From positions 288,001 through 352,000 of IMG/VR virus record IMGVR_UViG_3300021514_000002: a stretch of DNA of 64,000 nt; one strand, 5' to 3'. Shown here piece by piece: positions 38,615 through 47,408 of this stretch. The position numbers were made by a program, and so were the translations under genes. A model generated the notes under the pieces. The model was not told the DNA's origin, did not search any database, and saw only the letters and a program-made list of their open reading frames with translations. Origin of the DNA: a virus. Lineage: Duplodnaviria > Caudoviricetes. Positions within the stretch are counted from its first letter, which is position 1. Every line of letters begins with the position of its first letter.

Positions 38615-39233
38615 TAATCTCAGTGCTTGCCCCAACATCAATAATAACGGGTTGGTTTTTATATATGCCCCAATTTGCTAATCGCGTAAAATCGGCTGGC
38701 TCGATATCATAATTACCAACTAGATCTACAAGACTATTAAGAGTTTCGTTTTCTTCATAGATCTCTTCATATCTTGCTTGGGTTTCTTCATCAACACGAA
38801 TATTCCATTTACCTGTCATAAATTTTACAAGGTGAATTGCTTCATCTGGCGTTAAACCATTAAAAAATTGTTTGAACTGCGTTGGTTTCATTTTTTCAGC
38901 TTTTTCAACATGAATCCATGTAGGTGGATTGTTTTCTTCATCGAAATCAATCATAGGAATTGTAATACCCATATCAGTAAGATAGTAATCGCCAAACATT
39001 TGGGATTCGTATTCATTCTGGGCAATACCTTTTTTATTTTTGGCAATTTTTAATATCGTTGCACGTCCTTCGTATTCAATTTCAAAGGCGATTCGGGATG
39101 AACCTGTTCCAATTTTTGCCGCCCGTTCTTGAGCGTAACGAACGCGTTGTGCAAACGGAACATTCTGTTTGTATTTTGATTTATCCCAATCATCGGGTAA
39201 TGGCGCTTCTTTTAATAATTCTTTGATTTTCAT
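38595..39233 (-). CDS. Protein-kinase-fold protein (putative)
   Basis: IGTGSSR (Gly loop), LKIAK, NEYE, DFTRLAN (catalytic D..N), IIDVG (DFG equivalent). Confidence 0.65.
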   Translation of the reverse strand: MKIKELLKEAPLPDDWDKSKYKQNVPFAQRVRYAQERAAKIGTGSSRIAFEIEYEGRATILKIAKNKKGIAQNEYESQMFGDYYLTDMGITIPMIDFDEENNPPTWIHVEKAEKMKPTQFKQFFNGLTPDEAIHLVKFMTGKWNIRVDEETQARYEEIYEENETLNSLVDLVGNYDIEPADFTRLANWGIYKNQPVIIDVGASTEIIKQHYS

Positions 39234-39249
39234 GATATAGTATTTATCC

Positions 39250-39278
39250 TTGACATTTAAAAATAGTCATGATAAGCT
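39250..39278 (+). promoter_or_regulatory. sigma70-type promoter
   Basis: TTGACA-17 bp-TAAGCT; implies the gene starts at 39292 or 39307 rather than TTG 39250. Confidence 0.65.
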
Positions 39279-39306
39279 ATATAAAATTATTATGACTGGT
39301 AGAAAG

Positions 39307-40473
39307 ATGAGAGATTTAAAAACATTATTTATTAGATGGTATTTCAACGAATTCGCAGATCTTGATCCGCTACACGTTGAAATGTCTAAATTATCCGAAG
39401 ATTCTCCATGGCACAGGGAACGAACTATTGCTGTCCATACCAACATGGTAGTTGGGGAGTATTTGTCCCGTGTGTGTGCTAAATATGGCGAAAATGAATG
39501 GTCTGCTGCTGATCTTTATGGGGCTTTTGCCTGCGCTTTTCACGATGTTGGGAAGCCCGCAGCACGAACAGAAGCATATACACCAGCGCGCGGCACATAC
39601 TACCGCTACGGTGGACATGAACTGATTTCTGCACGCTTGTGGGAAGATTGGGCTGTTCGTAACTGGAAATTCTTGGAAGAAGAATTTGGCCTGACATCAC
39701 ATGGAATTTATGCGACAGGTTGGTTAATTGAAAACCATCTTCCTTGGGATGTGAAGAAGCCAGAAAAGCGCCGTCAATTAGCACTTGGTGTGAAGCACGC
39801 TGTGCGCGATCCTGAACGTTTCATTAATGTGGTGCAAGCGGATACTTGGGGTCGTATTTCTGATGATGCCACGGAAAAGCGACAAAAAACCGAGGATTGG
39901 TGCAATGATTTCCTCCGCCTTTTTAAAGAGGTTAAGGAAGAATATAAAACACGATACGTGAATCCAGATGCGCCTATTATGTATATGCCAATCGCCGCTT
40001 CGGGTTCAGGGAAATCTACGTTGCTTAATAGTGAAAGTATGGATTGTGTGCTGGACTGTGATAATGTTGAAGGTGAATTATTGCACTTCTCATTAGATAC
40101 GTTACGCCATGATTGGTATGATCCTGACGATTACCGAAATGCATTCGCCTTGGCGTGTGATGATAAAGATTTTGCAAACAAAGCTAATAAAGTTTTTGCA
40201 GACATGGTGAAGACAGGTAATAGTATTTATCTTGATAATATCAACATTTCCAAGAAGCGTCGTGCTAACTATATACGTGAAGCACGTAAGTATGGGTACG
40301 TGGTTTATGCTATTTTGCTTCCTATCGAATTGCAGACAGTCATGGATAGACAGGCTACGCGTAGTGATAAAATGGTACCAATTGATGTGGTGAAGAACCA
40401 TTATATGGGACTTAGCTTGCCTTCCTTGGGTGAAGTTGATCGGATTATTGTATATAGCGGTAATCTACCTTAA
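39307..40473 (+). CDS. HD-domain / polynucleotide-kinase-like P-loop fusion
   Basis: H...HT..V and AFHDVGK (HD), D..GR; ASGSGKST and YLDNIN....R (Pnk-type kinase). Confidence 0.8.
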   Translation: MRDLKTLFIRWYFNEFADLDPLHVEMSKLSEDSPWHRERTIAVHTNMVVGEYLSRVCAKYGENEWSAADLYGAFACAFHDVGKPAARTEAYTPARGTYYRYGGHELISARLWEDWAVRNWKFLEEEFGLTSHGIYATGWLIENHLPWDVKKPEKRRQLALGVKHAVRDPERFINVVQADTWGRISDDATEKRQKTEDWCNDFLRLFKEVKEEYKTRYVNPDAPIMYMPIAASGSGKSTLLNSESMDCVLDCDNVEGELLHFSLDTLRHDWYDPDDYRNAFALACDDKDFANKANKVFADMVKTGNSIYLDNINISKKRRANYIREARKYGYVVYAILLPIELQTVMDRQATRSDKMVPIDVVKNHYMGLSLPSLGEVDRIIVYSGNLP

Positions 40474-40501
40474 AAAATCCCCGCTTCGGCGGGGATTTTT
40501 T
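40472..40501 (+). terminator. Intrinsic terminator
   Basis: AAAAAATCCCCGC-TTCG-GCGGGGATTTTT. Confidence 0.92.
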
Positions 40502-40521
40502 CATCTACGATAAATAGATAC

Positions 40522-41091
40522 ATGGAAAATAAATATGAAATTATTCGCGGAAAACGCATTGAAGATCAATTAGATGGCTATGAATTATTTGAACAATCTA
40601 CATACAATGATTTAGAACGGAATGTACTAAATTTCACTCCTGTTTCTACTAAGCGCCAAAATGCGGTCGATCCTGTTAGGGTAACTAGTATGGCATTGCT
40701 TCCCTTTATCGGTACAAAAAATCTTAATGTTGATACTATCGCGAGTAGTGATGGTACAAATTATAGTCCTAAAATTATCTTTAATAATGTTGAATTTGAA
40801 GAAGAAGACTTGCCAGAGAATGTGACGTTTAAAGGTAAAGATGGTAATGATTATCATATTAAACCAATTAACTTGGCTCAGAATACATTACGCGTTAGAT
40901 GCGATTGTCTTGATTTTTATTGGAGATTTGCCGCGTTTAATGCAAAAGATAAAAGCTTAATCGGAGCACCGCCTAGAGCATATCAACGTAAAACCAATCG
41001 TGGTCCAGTAAACCCACAAGAAGTTCCGGGTGTATGTAAACATCTTATTGCCGCAATGAAAGCATTAAAACATTCAGGCATTGTGCGTTAA
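40522..41091 (+). CDS. SWIM-type zinc-finger protein
   Basis: RCDC.DF......GVCKHL; GATAAATA upstream. Confidence 0.7.
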   Translation: MENKYEIIRGKRIEDQLDGYELFEQSTYNDLERNVLNFTPVSTKRQNAVDPVRVTSMALLPFIGTKNLNVDTIASSDGTNYSPKIIFNNVEFEEEDLPENVTFKGKDGNDYHIKPINLAQNTLRVRCDCLDFYWRFAAFNAKDKSLIGAPPRAYQRKTNRGPVNPQEVPGVCKHLIAAMKALKHSGIVR

Positions 41092-42089
41092 TCAGATTCT
41101 GGATCTTTCCAAAAAGTTTTCAAGATATCTTTTATATTTTGTTCTTTTGACTCGTCAAAGGATATAATTTTTTTATCATTTGTAATTTTCTTAATCGCGC
41201 CAGCTTCTTTAATTTCAGCCTTTTTATATGGTGTATTGTTTCTTGCCGCAATAGTTTCTTCCTTGATAATATCTTTAATCTTATCATCGTTAGACTTTTC
41301 TTTAATCACGTCAACTTCTTTATTACCACCTAAACCAGTAACTGTTTCAATGATTTTTTCCGCTATACTCTTTGTGGCTGTTTTTTTATCTTCTGTTTTT
41401 TCTTTGGCTTTTTTAACAGGTTCACTTTTCTTAGATTCCTTCTTAGGTTTCTTGATTTCATTTTTCGCTTCTTTTTTCGGTTCTTCCTTCGCAGCATTAG
41501 TTACTGCCACTTTATCTTCTTTGGCCTTTTTCATAATGTTTAAGATTTGATCATCCAACTTATCGTTGGTTTTTCTTTCAACCTTTGGTACACTCATTAA
41601 ATCATTGAATAGTTCTTTACCGTCTTTAACTTTAACTGGTTGCATCTTAAACGTACTCTCAGGTTTATTAAGTGGAATTTTCTCAGGTTTAATAGTTTCT
41701 GTTTTCGGTGGTATTTCTTTCCCCTTAGTAGTTTTAATAATATCTTCAAGTTTTGGTTTACCAGGTGATAGTGTAATATTTTCAGGTTTTGATGCATAAA
41801 CAGTATGTTCACCGACAACATTTACTGAACCACACAATGGTTCAAAATAGTATCCATCAACGATTATGTCAATATGAAAAGGATATGATGTTTTTTCAAG
41901 AATAGCAAGCGCAGGTATTTCAACAGACCATTTAGTCTTATCGCCTTTTTTAGAATCAAATCCCAATTCCATGCTACTAGCTTCAATTATGAAACGCACA
42001 GCCATATCAGCCGTATCAACACCATTGATTTCAACATCGAATTCTAATATATTCGCTTTTGTATTTGATATTGTTATTAAATTATCCAT
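41088..42089 (-). CDS. Hypothetical late protein with Lys/Glu-rich C-terminal region
   Basis: 333 aa; TATAAATA on the minus strand at 42111-42118. Confidence 0.7.
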   Translation of the reverse strand: MDNLITISNTKANILEFDVEINGVDTADMAVRFIIEASSMELGFDSKKGDKTKWSVEIPALAILEKTSYPFHIDIIVDGYYFEPLCGSVNVVGEHTVYASKPENITLSPGKPKLEDIIKTTKGKEIPPKTETIKPEKIPLNKPESTFKMQPVKVKDGKELFNDLMSVPKVERKTNDKLDDQILNIMKKAKEDKVAVTNAAKEEPKKEAKNEIKKPKKESKKSEPVKKAKEKTEDKKTATKSIAEKIIETVTGLGGNKEVDVIKEKSNDDKIKDIIKEETIAARNNTPYKKAEIKEAGAIKKITNDKKIISFDESKEQNIKDILKTFWKDPESD

Positions 42090-42118
42090 TTAAAATCCCT
42101 AAGTATCTTGTATTTATA

Positions 42119-42556
42119 TTATTTCTTTCTTTTTAAATTACGGACAGAAACTTTGATATTGTGTAAAACTCTACGTAGATTATTCACGCTAACATTGATT
42201 TTTTCTTTCGCCGCTTCTACGATATTTAATACGGATACAATCGTGTCTGCCCGTTGTATTGGAACCAAGTAGACTTTCTCAACATGTATATCACCAATAT
42301 CAATCTTAACTGTAACCTGTTTTTTAACCTTGAATGTTTTCGTTGGATCATAGAAATCTTGAACCGGTTGGAAAAAGTTCTGAATATCATTAATTTTATT
42401 CCATGCTGGTCCAGGATACGGACCGCCACCGCCACCAGCGGGTGGCTTAACTTCTTCAACTTCAACGGTAACAAACCCGAGTTGATATTGCGCTATTAGG
42501 AATTGATTAGCCGATCCAGTTAGGCCGTTAACAAGTATTGTTGGAATACCAGACAT
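42119..42556 (-). CDS. Hypothetical protein
   Basis: AGGAG RBS; last part of the minus-strand structural operon. Confidence 0.65.
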   Translation of the reverse strand: MSGIPTILVNGLTGSANQFLIAQYQLGFVTVEVEEVKPPAGGGGGPYPGPAWNKINDIQNFFQPVQDFYDPTKTFKVKKQVTVKIDIGDIHVEKVYLVPIQRADTIVSVLNIVEAAKEKINVSVNNLRRVLHNIKVSVRNLKRKK

Positions 42557-42573
42557 AATGGCTCCTTATCCAA

Positions 42574-43422
42574 TTAAGGAGAACCAGAAACAGGAACTTT
42601 ATCGAATATTTCAAGAATACTTGCGACGTTATCTCTATTTTTCAAATTATAGCGTTGTAATTCAGTTACGCCGTCATTTTCGTAAATAATCATTTGATAG
42701 TTTACAGGATCAATGCGTGATCTATTTTTCCCATATTTTAGAACTTCTTCTGTTATAGATAATATATTATTAATTGTGACATCAATTGTATCAACTTTAC
42801 CGTCAATGCTCGTAACTGTAGTGTCTACGTTGTTAACTACAAGTGTAAGTGTATCGGTCTTACCATCTATCGTAGTAACATCTGTTTGAATATCGTCGAC
42901 AGAAGTCTGTGTTGCACGTGAAGATATTGAGGTATCTACGAGTGTTAATTCTGGAGTTAATTCTGTTCTGACAGCCGTAGCGTTATCACCAGCAGATGGT
43001 ATCAATAAGCCTGATAATGACGGCTGTACAGCCAATACTAAATTCGATGCTTCCGCAGGATATACGGGTAAGGTTGTATTTAAAAAATATAACCAAGCAG
43101 TATCATAGTCATCTGAATATATAACACCCGTTACTTTAACATGTGTTGGATCATATACAATACGATAACCATTAATCATAAAGTAAATATCGCCAGCAAA
43201 TTTATCACCGGGCGTCGGATCGCCGCCGATTGTTCGTATGGGAAAAGCATATCGTGAATTATCTAATATTGAATACCAAGTTTTCAATCCTTTATAGATA
43301 TCCGCTTTAATATCTAATGTTGTAACATCAGGATCAATAATAATATATCTATTTGCAGTATCGACAGTGAATTTTAAATCCGCTGTCATATAATCCCACA
43401 TTGTTTCAGCGTAGAAATTCAT
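42574..43422 (-). CDS. Putative virion structural protein
   Basis: Heptad-like T/V/D-rich segment; N-domain similar to a region of 47408..49642. Confidence 0.55.
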   Translation of the reverse strand: MNFYAETMWDYMTADLKFTVDTANRYIIIDPDVTTLDIKADIYKGLKTWYSILDNSRYAFPIRTIGGDPTPGDKFAGDIYFMINGYRIVYDPTHVKVTGVIYSDDYDTAWLYFLNTTLPVYPAEASNLVLAVQPSLSGLLIPSAGDNATAVRTELTPELTLVDTSISSRATQTSVDDIQTDVTTIDGKTDTLTLVVNNVDTTVTSIDGKVDTIDVTINNILSITEEVLKYGKNRSRIDPVNYQMIIYENDGVTELQRYNLKNRDNVASILEIFDKVPVSGSP

Positions 43423-45359
43423 TACCAGATTTCTTCTATATTTAAACTACCAAAGAAATTACTTTTAGTTCCGGCTTGCAATGTCACTACGTCACTTGTT
43501 GAACCAGTAAAAGTTGTTATTGATCCATCAATATTCTTTACGGTAATAGTTGCAGCAGTTACTGCCACTATAATGTAATAACCATCATCAGAATCTGAAT
43601 TGCGAATTTTCAACATCATGCCAGCGGCAAATGCTACACCTTCAGGGGAATTAGGATTTACAGCATTAAAATCCCCATTACCTCCTGTTTTAGTAATCGT
43701 TGCTATCAAAGGACTACCAACATTACTAAAGTTACAAGTATACGTACCTGCATCCTCACCCCCTGCAATAGGTGACATATTCCAACAAGTAAACGTGTAC
43801 TTGAAGGTGTCTTGGTTATCATCTGCGGTGAGTAATATCTTTTCCTTACGATAATCAAATACATCTTTTAAATCTATATTCTCAGTCGAATTGGGTGGTA
43901 TTGCCCACATGCCAACTTGTACACCCCCATTATCTTGATCAATATCAACATCTTCACAATATTCCATAGCAGATGCAGGATGAAAAGCTACCCATGTAGG
44001 AGTACCTAATAAATCAGCACCACGTCTTACCTGAATCCACATACTTTCAAAACCAGTATTAGTTACTGATAAGCGAACGGGATACGCCACTGTACGATTT
44101 GATAAGCCATTGATAGTTAATGCTGGACGAATACTAAATAGAGCTTTACCAGGATGCCAATTAGTGATGGCCGCCATATAAGCACCACCATTTTGTTTTT
44201 CTTGTGCTTCAATGTGACGATGATGTTCAATAAGATTAGGGTTGAACTCACCATGTGTTTTGATTGTAGTACCCCATATGCGCATCTCTGAGCTTGATCC
44301 TGCTGTCGCTAAATTATCCATACTAATATGAACAGGCAAAGAACCCGTACGTATATAAGGCTGAGTATATAAATTAGCATGGTACATTTCATGACAGACG
44401 ATACGAACACCTTCAAGCATAACACCAAATCTAACGCGCCCGGCTCCTAGCCATTGGAAATCGAGCCAGTAAATATTATCTTTTGATACATCTAAAGTTC
44501 GTCCAGAAGGATTAAATACGTCTCCGCTTCCGTCTAGTCTATCTTTGTTCCATGTTGCTTGTGGCACAGTATGGTCGCCTATAGTAGAGCTGCGAATATA
44601 GGTTTGAAGAACAAGTTCTTCCATACGGAAAAATAATCCATCAGCATCGTCTCCATAGCCCCATATTCGTCGAACATCAGCCTTACCTGTATCGCCTAAT
44701 GCTACTGTCATTTCAAGTGATTGTCCAACTCCCAGTTGATAATTGTGATACAAATGTGTAGTTGCAGCAGCTTTCGCACCAGATGTTAAAGGGATTGTAA
44801 ATAAAGTACCTTGATTACCAGTAATATGAGTTACTGTACCAGATAATAATTCTTCATACCACCAATCTTTTTCATTACGTTCATAAGTATTAATATACTT
44901 GCCTAAAACCTCACCCGAAGAAACTTCCAATTTACCAAATGCGTCAAATTGATGCGATCCTTCATCAAAACGCATTTTAACAGCGCCTTTCTTATCAATA
45001 TCCGCATGGTTAACCATATCCTTGCCAACCATAACATTTTGTTGAAAATAATATAGTCCACCAGCAAGGTCGGCTACTTCGGCATATTTAATCGCATTAA
45101 CATGTATTTCTTCGGTTGCTGTCATTAACAAGAACGGTGAAGGAATAGGTTCCTCAACCCTTACGTGAAGTTCACCTGATGTGGTTGTACCCCCAACTGC
45201 AATAACAGTTCCAGTCCATGTAGATGTACTAAATGTAATAACGTCGTCTTCTTTAAAATCAATCGTACCATTATTATAATTAATTTCTTGCATTACGGAT
45301 TGCGGTATCTGTTCACCTGTTGGTAATTTAATTGCGCCGTGCGTTCCTGTTATAGCCAT
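43422..45359 (-). CDS. Putative virion structural protein (lectin/beta-sandwich-like)
   Basis: 645 aa; central Y..DFQWLGAGRVRFG segment; T/G-rich. Confidence 0.5.
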   Translation of the reverse strand: MAITGTHGAIKLPTGEQIPQSVMQEINYNNGTIDFKEDDVITFSTSTWTGTVIAVGGTTTSGELHVRVEEPIPSPFLLMTATEEIHVNAIKYAEVADLAGGLYYFQQNVMVGKDMVNHADIDKKGAVKMRFDEGSHQFDAFGKLEVSSGEVLGKYINTYERNEKDWWYEELLSGTVTHITGNQGTLFTIPLTSGAKAAATTHLYHNYQLGVGQSLEMTVALGDTGKADVRRIWGYGDDADGLFFRMEELVLQTYIRSSTIGDHTVPQATWNKDRLDGSGDVFNPSGRTLDVSKDNIYWLDFQWLGAGRVRFGVMLEGVRIVCHEMYHANLYTQPYIRTGSLPVHISMDNLATAGSSSEMRIWGTTIKTHGEFNPNLIEHHRHIEAQEKQNGGAYMAAITNWHPGKALFSIRPALTINGLSNRTVAYPVRLSVTNTGFESMWIQVRRGADLLGTPTWVAFHPASAMEYCEDVDIDQDNGGVQVGMWAIPPNSTENIDLKDVFDYRKEKILLTADDNQDTFKYTFTCWNMSPIAGGEDAGTYTCNFSNVGSPLIATITKTGGNGDFNAVNPNSPEGVAFAAGMMLKIRNSDSDDGYYIIVAVTAATITVKNIDGSITTFTGSTSDVVTLQAGTKSNFFGSLNIEEIW

Positions 45360-45372
45360 TATTTGTTATTCC

Positions 45373-46998
45373 TTAATAATTCAAATCATATTGTTGTTGG
45401 ATATCAATTGATGTATCTGTTGCAGGTACTTCATATCCTTCTACTCGTAGAATCTTATACTGTTTATTTATTAATTGATAATCCACGAGAGTTGTAGCTG
45501 GTTGTGCCCAACTAAAGCTACGATTGTCTAATGTTCCTGCGGTAGCATCTTCAATCCCTGCTATTTCGGTCGTCGTGCCTGCAAGAAATATACGAACTTC
45601 TGTATTTTCTTTTAGTTTATTAAAGGTAATTGTAACATCAGCTGAAACTGTTATTACGCAACCAGCCGTTCTTACATGACTTGCCGCCGTTACGCCAGTT
45701 CCACCTGATATGTTAATAGTCATTGACCCTGTTGCAATGTTTACGAATATTGCTTTATCGGCATCAACTGTTAAAGAATACCCAGTAAAGTCATCTCCAG
45801 ATAATGTGATATCTGCTGCTGTTCCAGTAATTTCTAGCCCATTACCAGTTCCTCCAGATATTAACTGGGTATCACTTATCTTTGCTGCGTTGGCTGGACT
45901 TGATGTAGTAACGGCAATAGCATTAACTGAATCATCAATTGTACATCCTGATAATGTTGCTCCACCTGTTGTTATTTTATCGCAACGTCTAAATGTGGTA
46001 CCAGTAAGAGTATTAGGATTAGTACCATCATTAAAAATGAATGTGCCCATATCAGTAAAACTGCATGTAATAAAAACTACTGTAGCATTATCAACTACTT
46101 CAAAATTGCCACGACTTGCTGTTGCTGCTACAACATTTTCAACACCATCTTGTGCTGATATACTAATTGAAGTCCATTCAACATTAGAATCAACATGGTT
46201 AATTTCTATTCTATTGAAATTAGTACTAACTTGAGGTGTATTATCAACAAAAATATTTGCATTAGAATTTCTAAAATCTACTGCTGTTGCAGTAATACCC
46301 AAAGACATCAAACCTTTCCATTTATATCCACCAAATATCTTTTGAAATAATGCATATCTTTGATCTGTGCTGGTATCAAAAGTACCCATACCAGTAAATG
46401 TGCCGTAATCTCCTGCCTGTCCGTCTATGACTTCTAATGAGCATCGACCAACTCGAATAACATCAACAGCAAATGGATTACCACGAGACTGTGCTGTTGC
46501 ATTTATAGCAATACCTACAATACTCCAAGTATTATCAGGAGTACCTACTGTTGCATCTGATATAGCTGTATTTGGGTCAATAGCGTAATTAGCCCAACCA
46601 CCAATTGGATTGGGGTCAAAATCACTACCCGATGCTAAAAATGTATAAAAGTCGCCAGTCGTATTGCCAACTATTGTTCTAATACCACCATTAGCATATG
46701 TTGTTAAAGATGTAGGTGATGCCCAAAAAGCCCATATTAAAATAGCTCCATCAGTATCAACAGTAAAAGCACCAGCAAATTGATTAACATCATTGAGAAG
46801 TGTACCAACACCAGTTTTTGTAAACTGTGCTGATATACAATCTGAACCTTGAATATAGAAGTTACTTTCCGCTACTTCTGTACCACCATCAGCCCAAGCA
46901 GATACAGAAGATTCATCCCAATTATCTAAAGTAAGGGCTTCGTCCACTAAACCATTATTGGCAGAAGTTAAATCACTGTCATATGCTGCTATTGCCAT
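45373..46998 (-). CDS. Putative virion structural protein (beta-helix-like region)
   Basis: 541 aa; T/G/S/N-rich repetitive beta pattern. Confidence 0.5.
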   Translation of the reverse strand: MAIAAYDSDLTSANNGLVDEALTLDNWDESSVSAWADGGTEVAESNFYIQGSDCISAQFTKTGVGTLLNDVNQFAGAFTVDTDGAILIWAFWASPTSLTTYANGGIRTIVGNTTGDFYTFLASGSDFDPNPIGGWANYAIDPNTAISDATVGTPDNTWSIVGIAINATAQSRGNPFAVDVIRVGRCSLEVIDGQAGDYGTFTGMGTFDTSTDQRYALFQKIFGGYKWKGLMSLGITATAVDFRNSNANIFVDNTPQVSTNFNRIEINHVDSNVEWTSISISAQDGVENVVAATASRGNFEVVDNATVVFITCSFTDMGTFIFNDGTNPNTLTGTTFRRCDKITTGGATLSGCTIDDSVNAIAVTTSSPANAAKISDTQLISGGTGNGLEITGTAADITLSGDDFTGYSLTVDADKAIFVNIATGSMTINISGGTGVTAASHVRTAGCVITVSADVTITFNKLKENTEVRIFLAGTTTEIAGIEDATAGTLDNRSFSWAQPATTLVDYQLINKQYKILRVEGYEVPATDTSIDIQQQYDLNY

Positions 46999-47408
46999 TA
47001 TCTACTCGCTATCTTATGAACACGTTTTAATAAAGATTCTGGGGTTACGTTATTAGTATGAAATACAACTGGTATACCACTTTTAGATAAGACGGTATTA
47101 ATACCTTCTTCTAAAAATGCGTTTATTTGTCCATTCATATACTTAAAATCTTTATGTTTTGGGTTGACTGTACCAAACATCAAATCATCATTTAACTTTT
47201 CAAATATCACCCCAAAATTATCAGGGCGCATTTGCTCAGAAACATTACTCATTTGTGTATAGGCACAATCAAACTCTCTACATCTATCATCTTTAGTATC
47301 TTGTATAATACAACCTTTGTCACAGTACTTACATGTATCCCCAGCTTGACTATTCATCCATGGGATATTAAGTAATGTGCAACAAAGAGTGCATGAACCA
47401 CATTCCAT
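46998..47408 (-). CDS. YkgJ-like CxxCxxCC metal-binding protein
   Basis: MECGSCTLCC...C..C..GC.I...K...CR.FDCAY. Confidence 0.75.
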   Translation of the reverse strand: MECGSCTLCCTLLNIPWMNSQAGDTCKYCDKGCIIQDTKDDRCREFDCAYTQMSNVSEQMRPDNFGVIFEKLNDDLMFGTVNPKHKDFKYMNGQINAFLEEGINTVLSKSGIPVVFHTNNVTPESLLKRVHKIASR

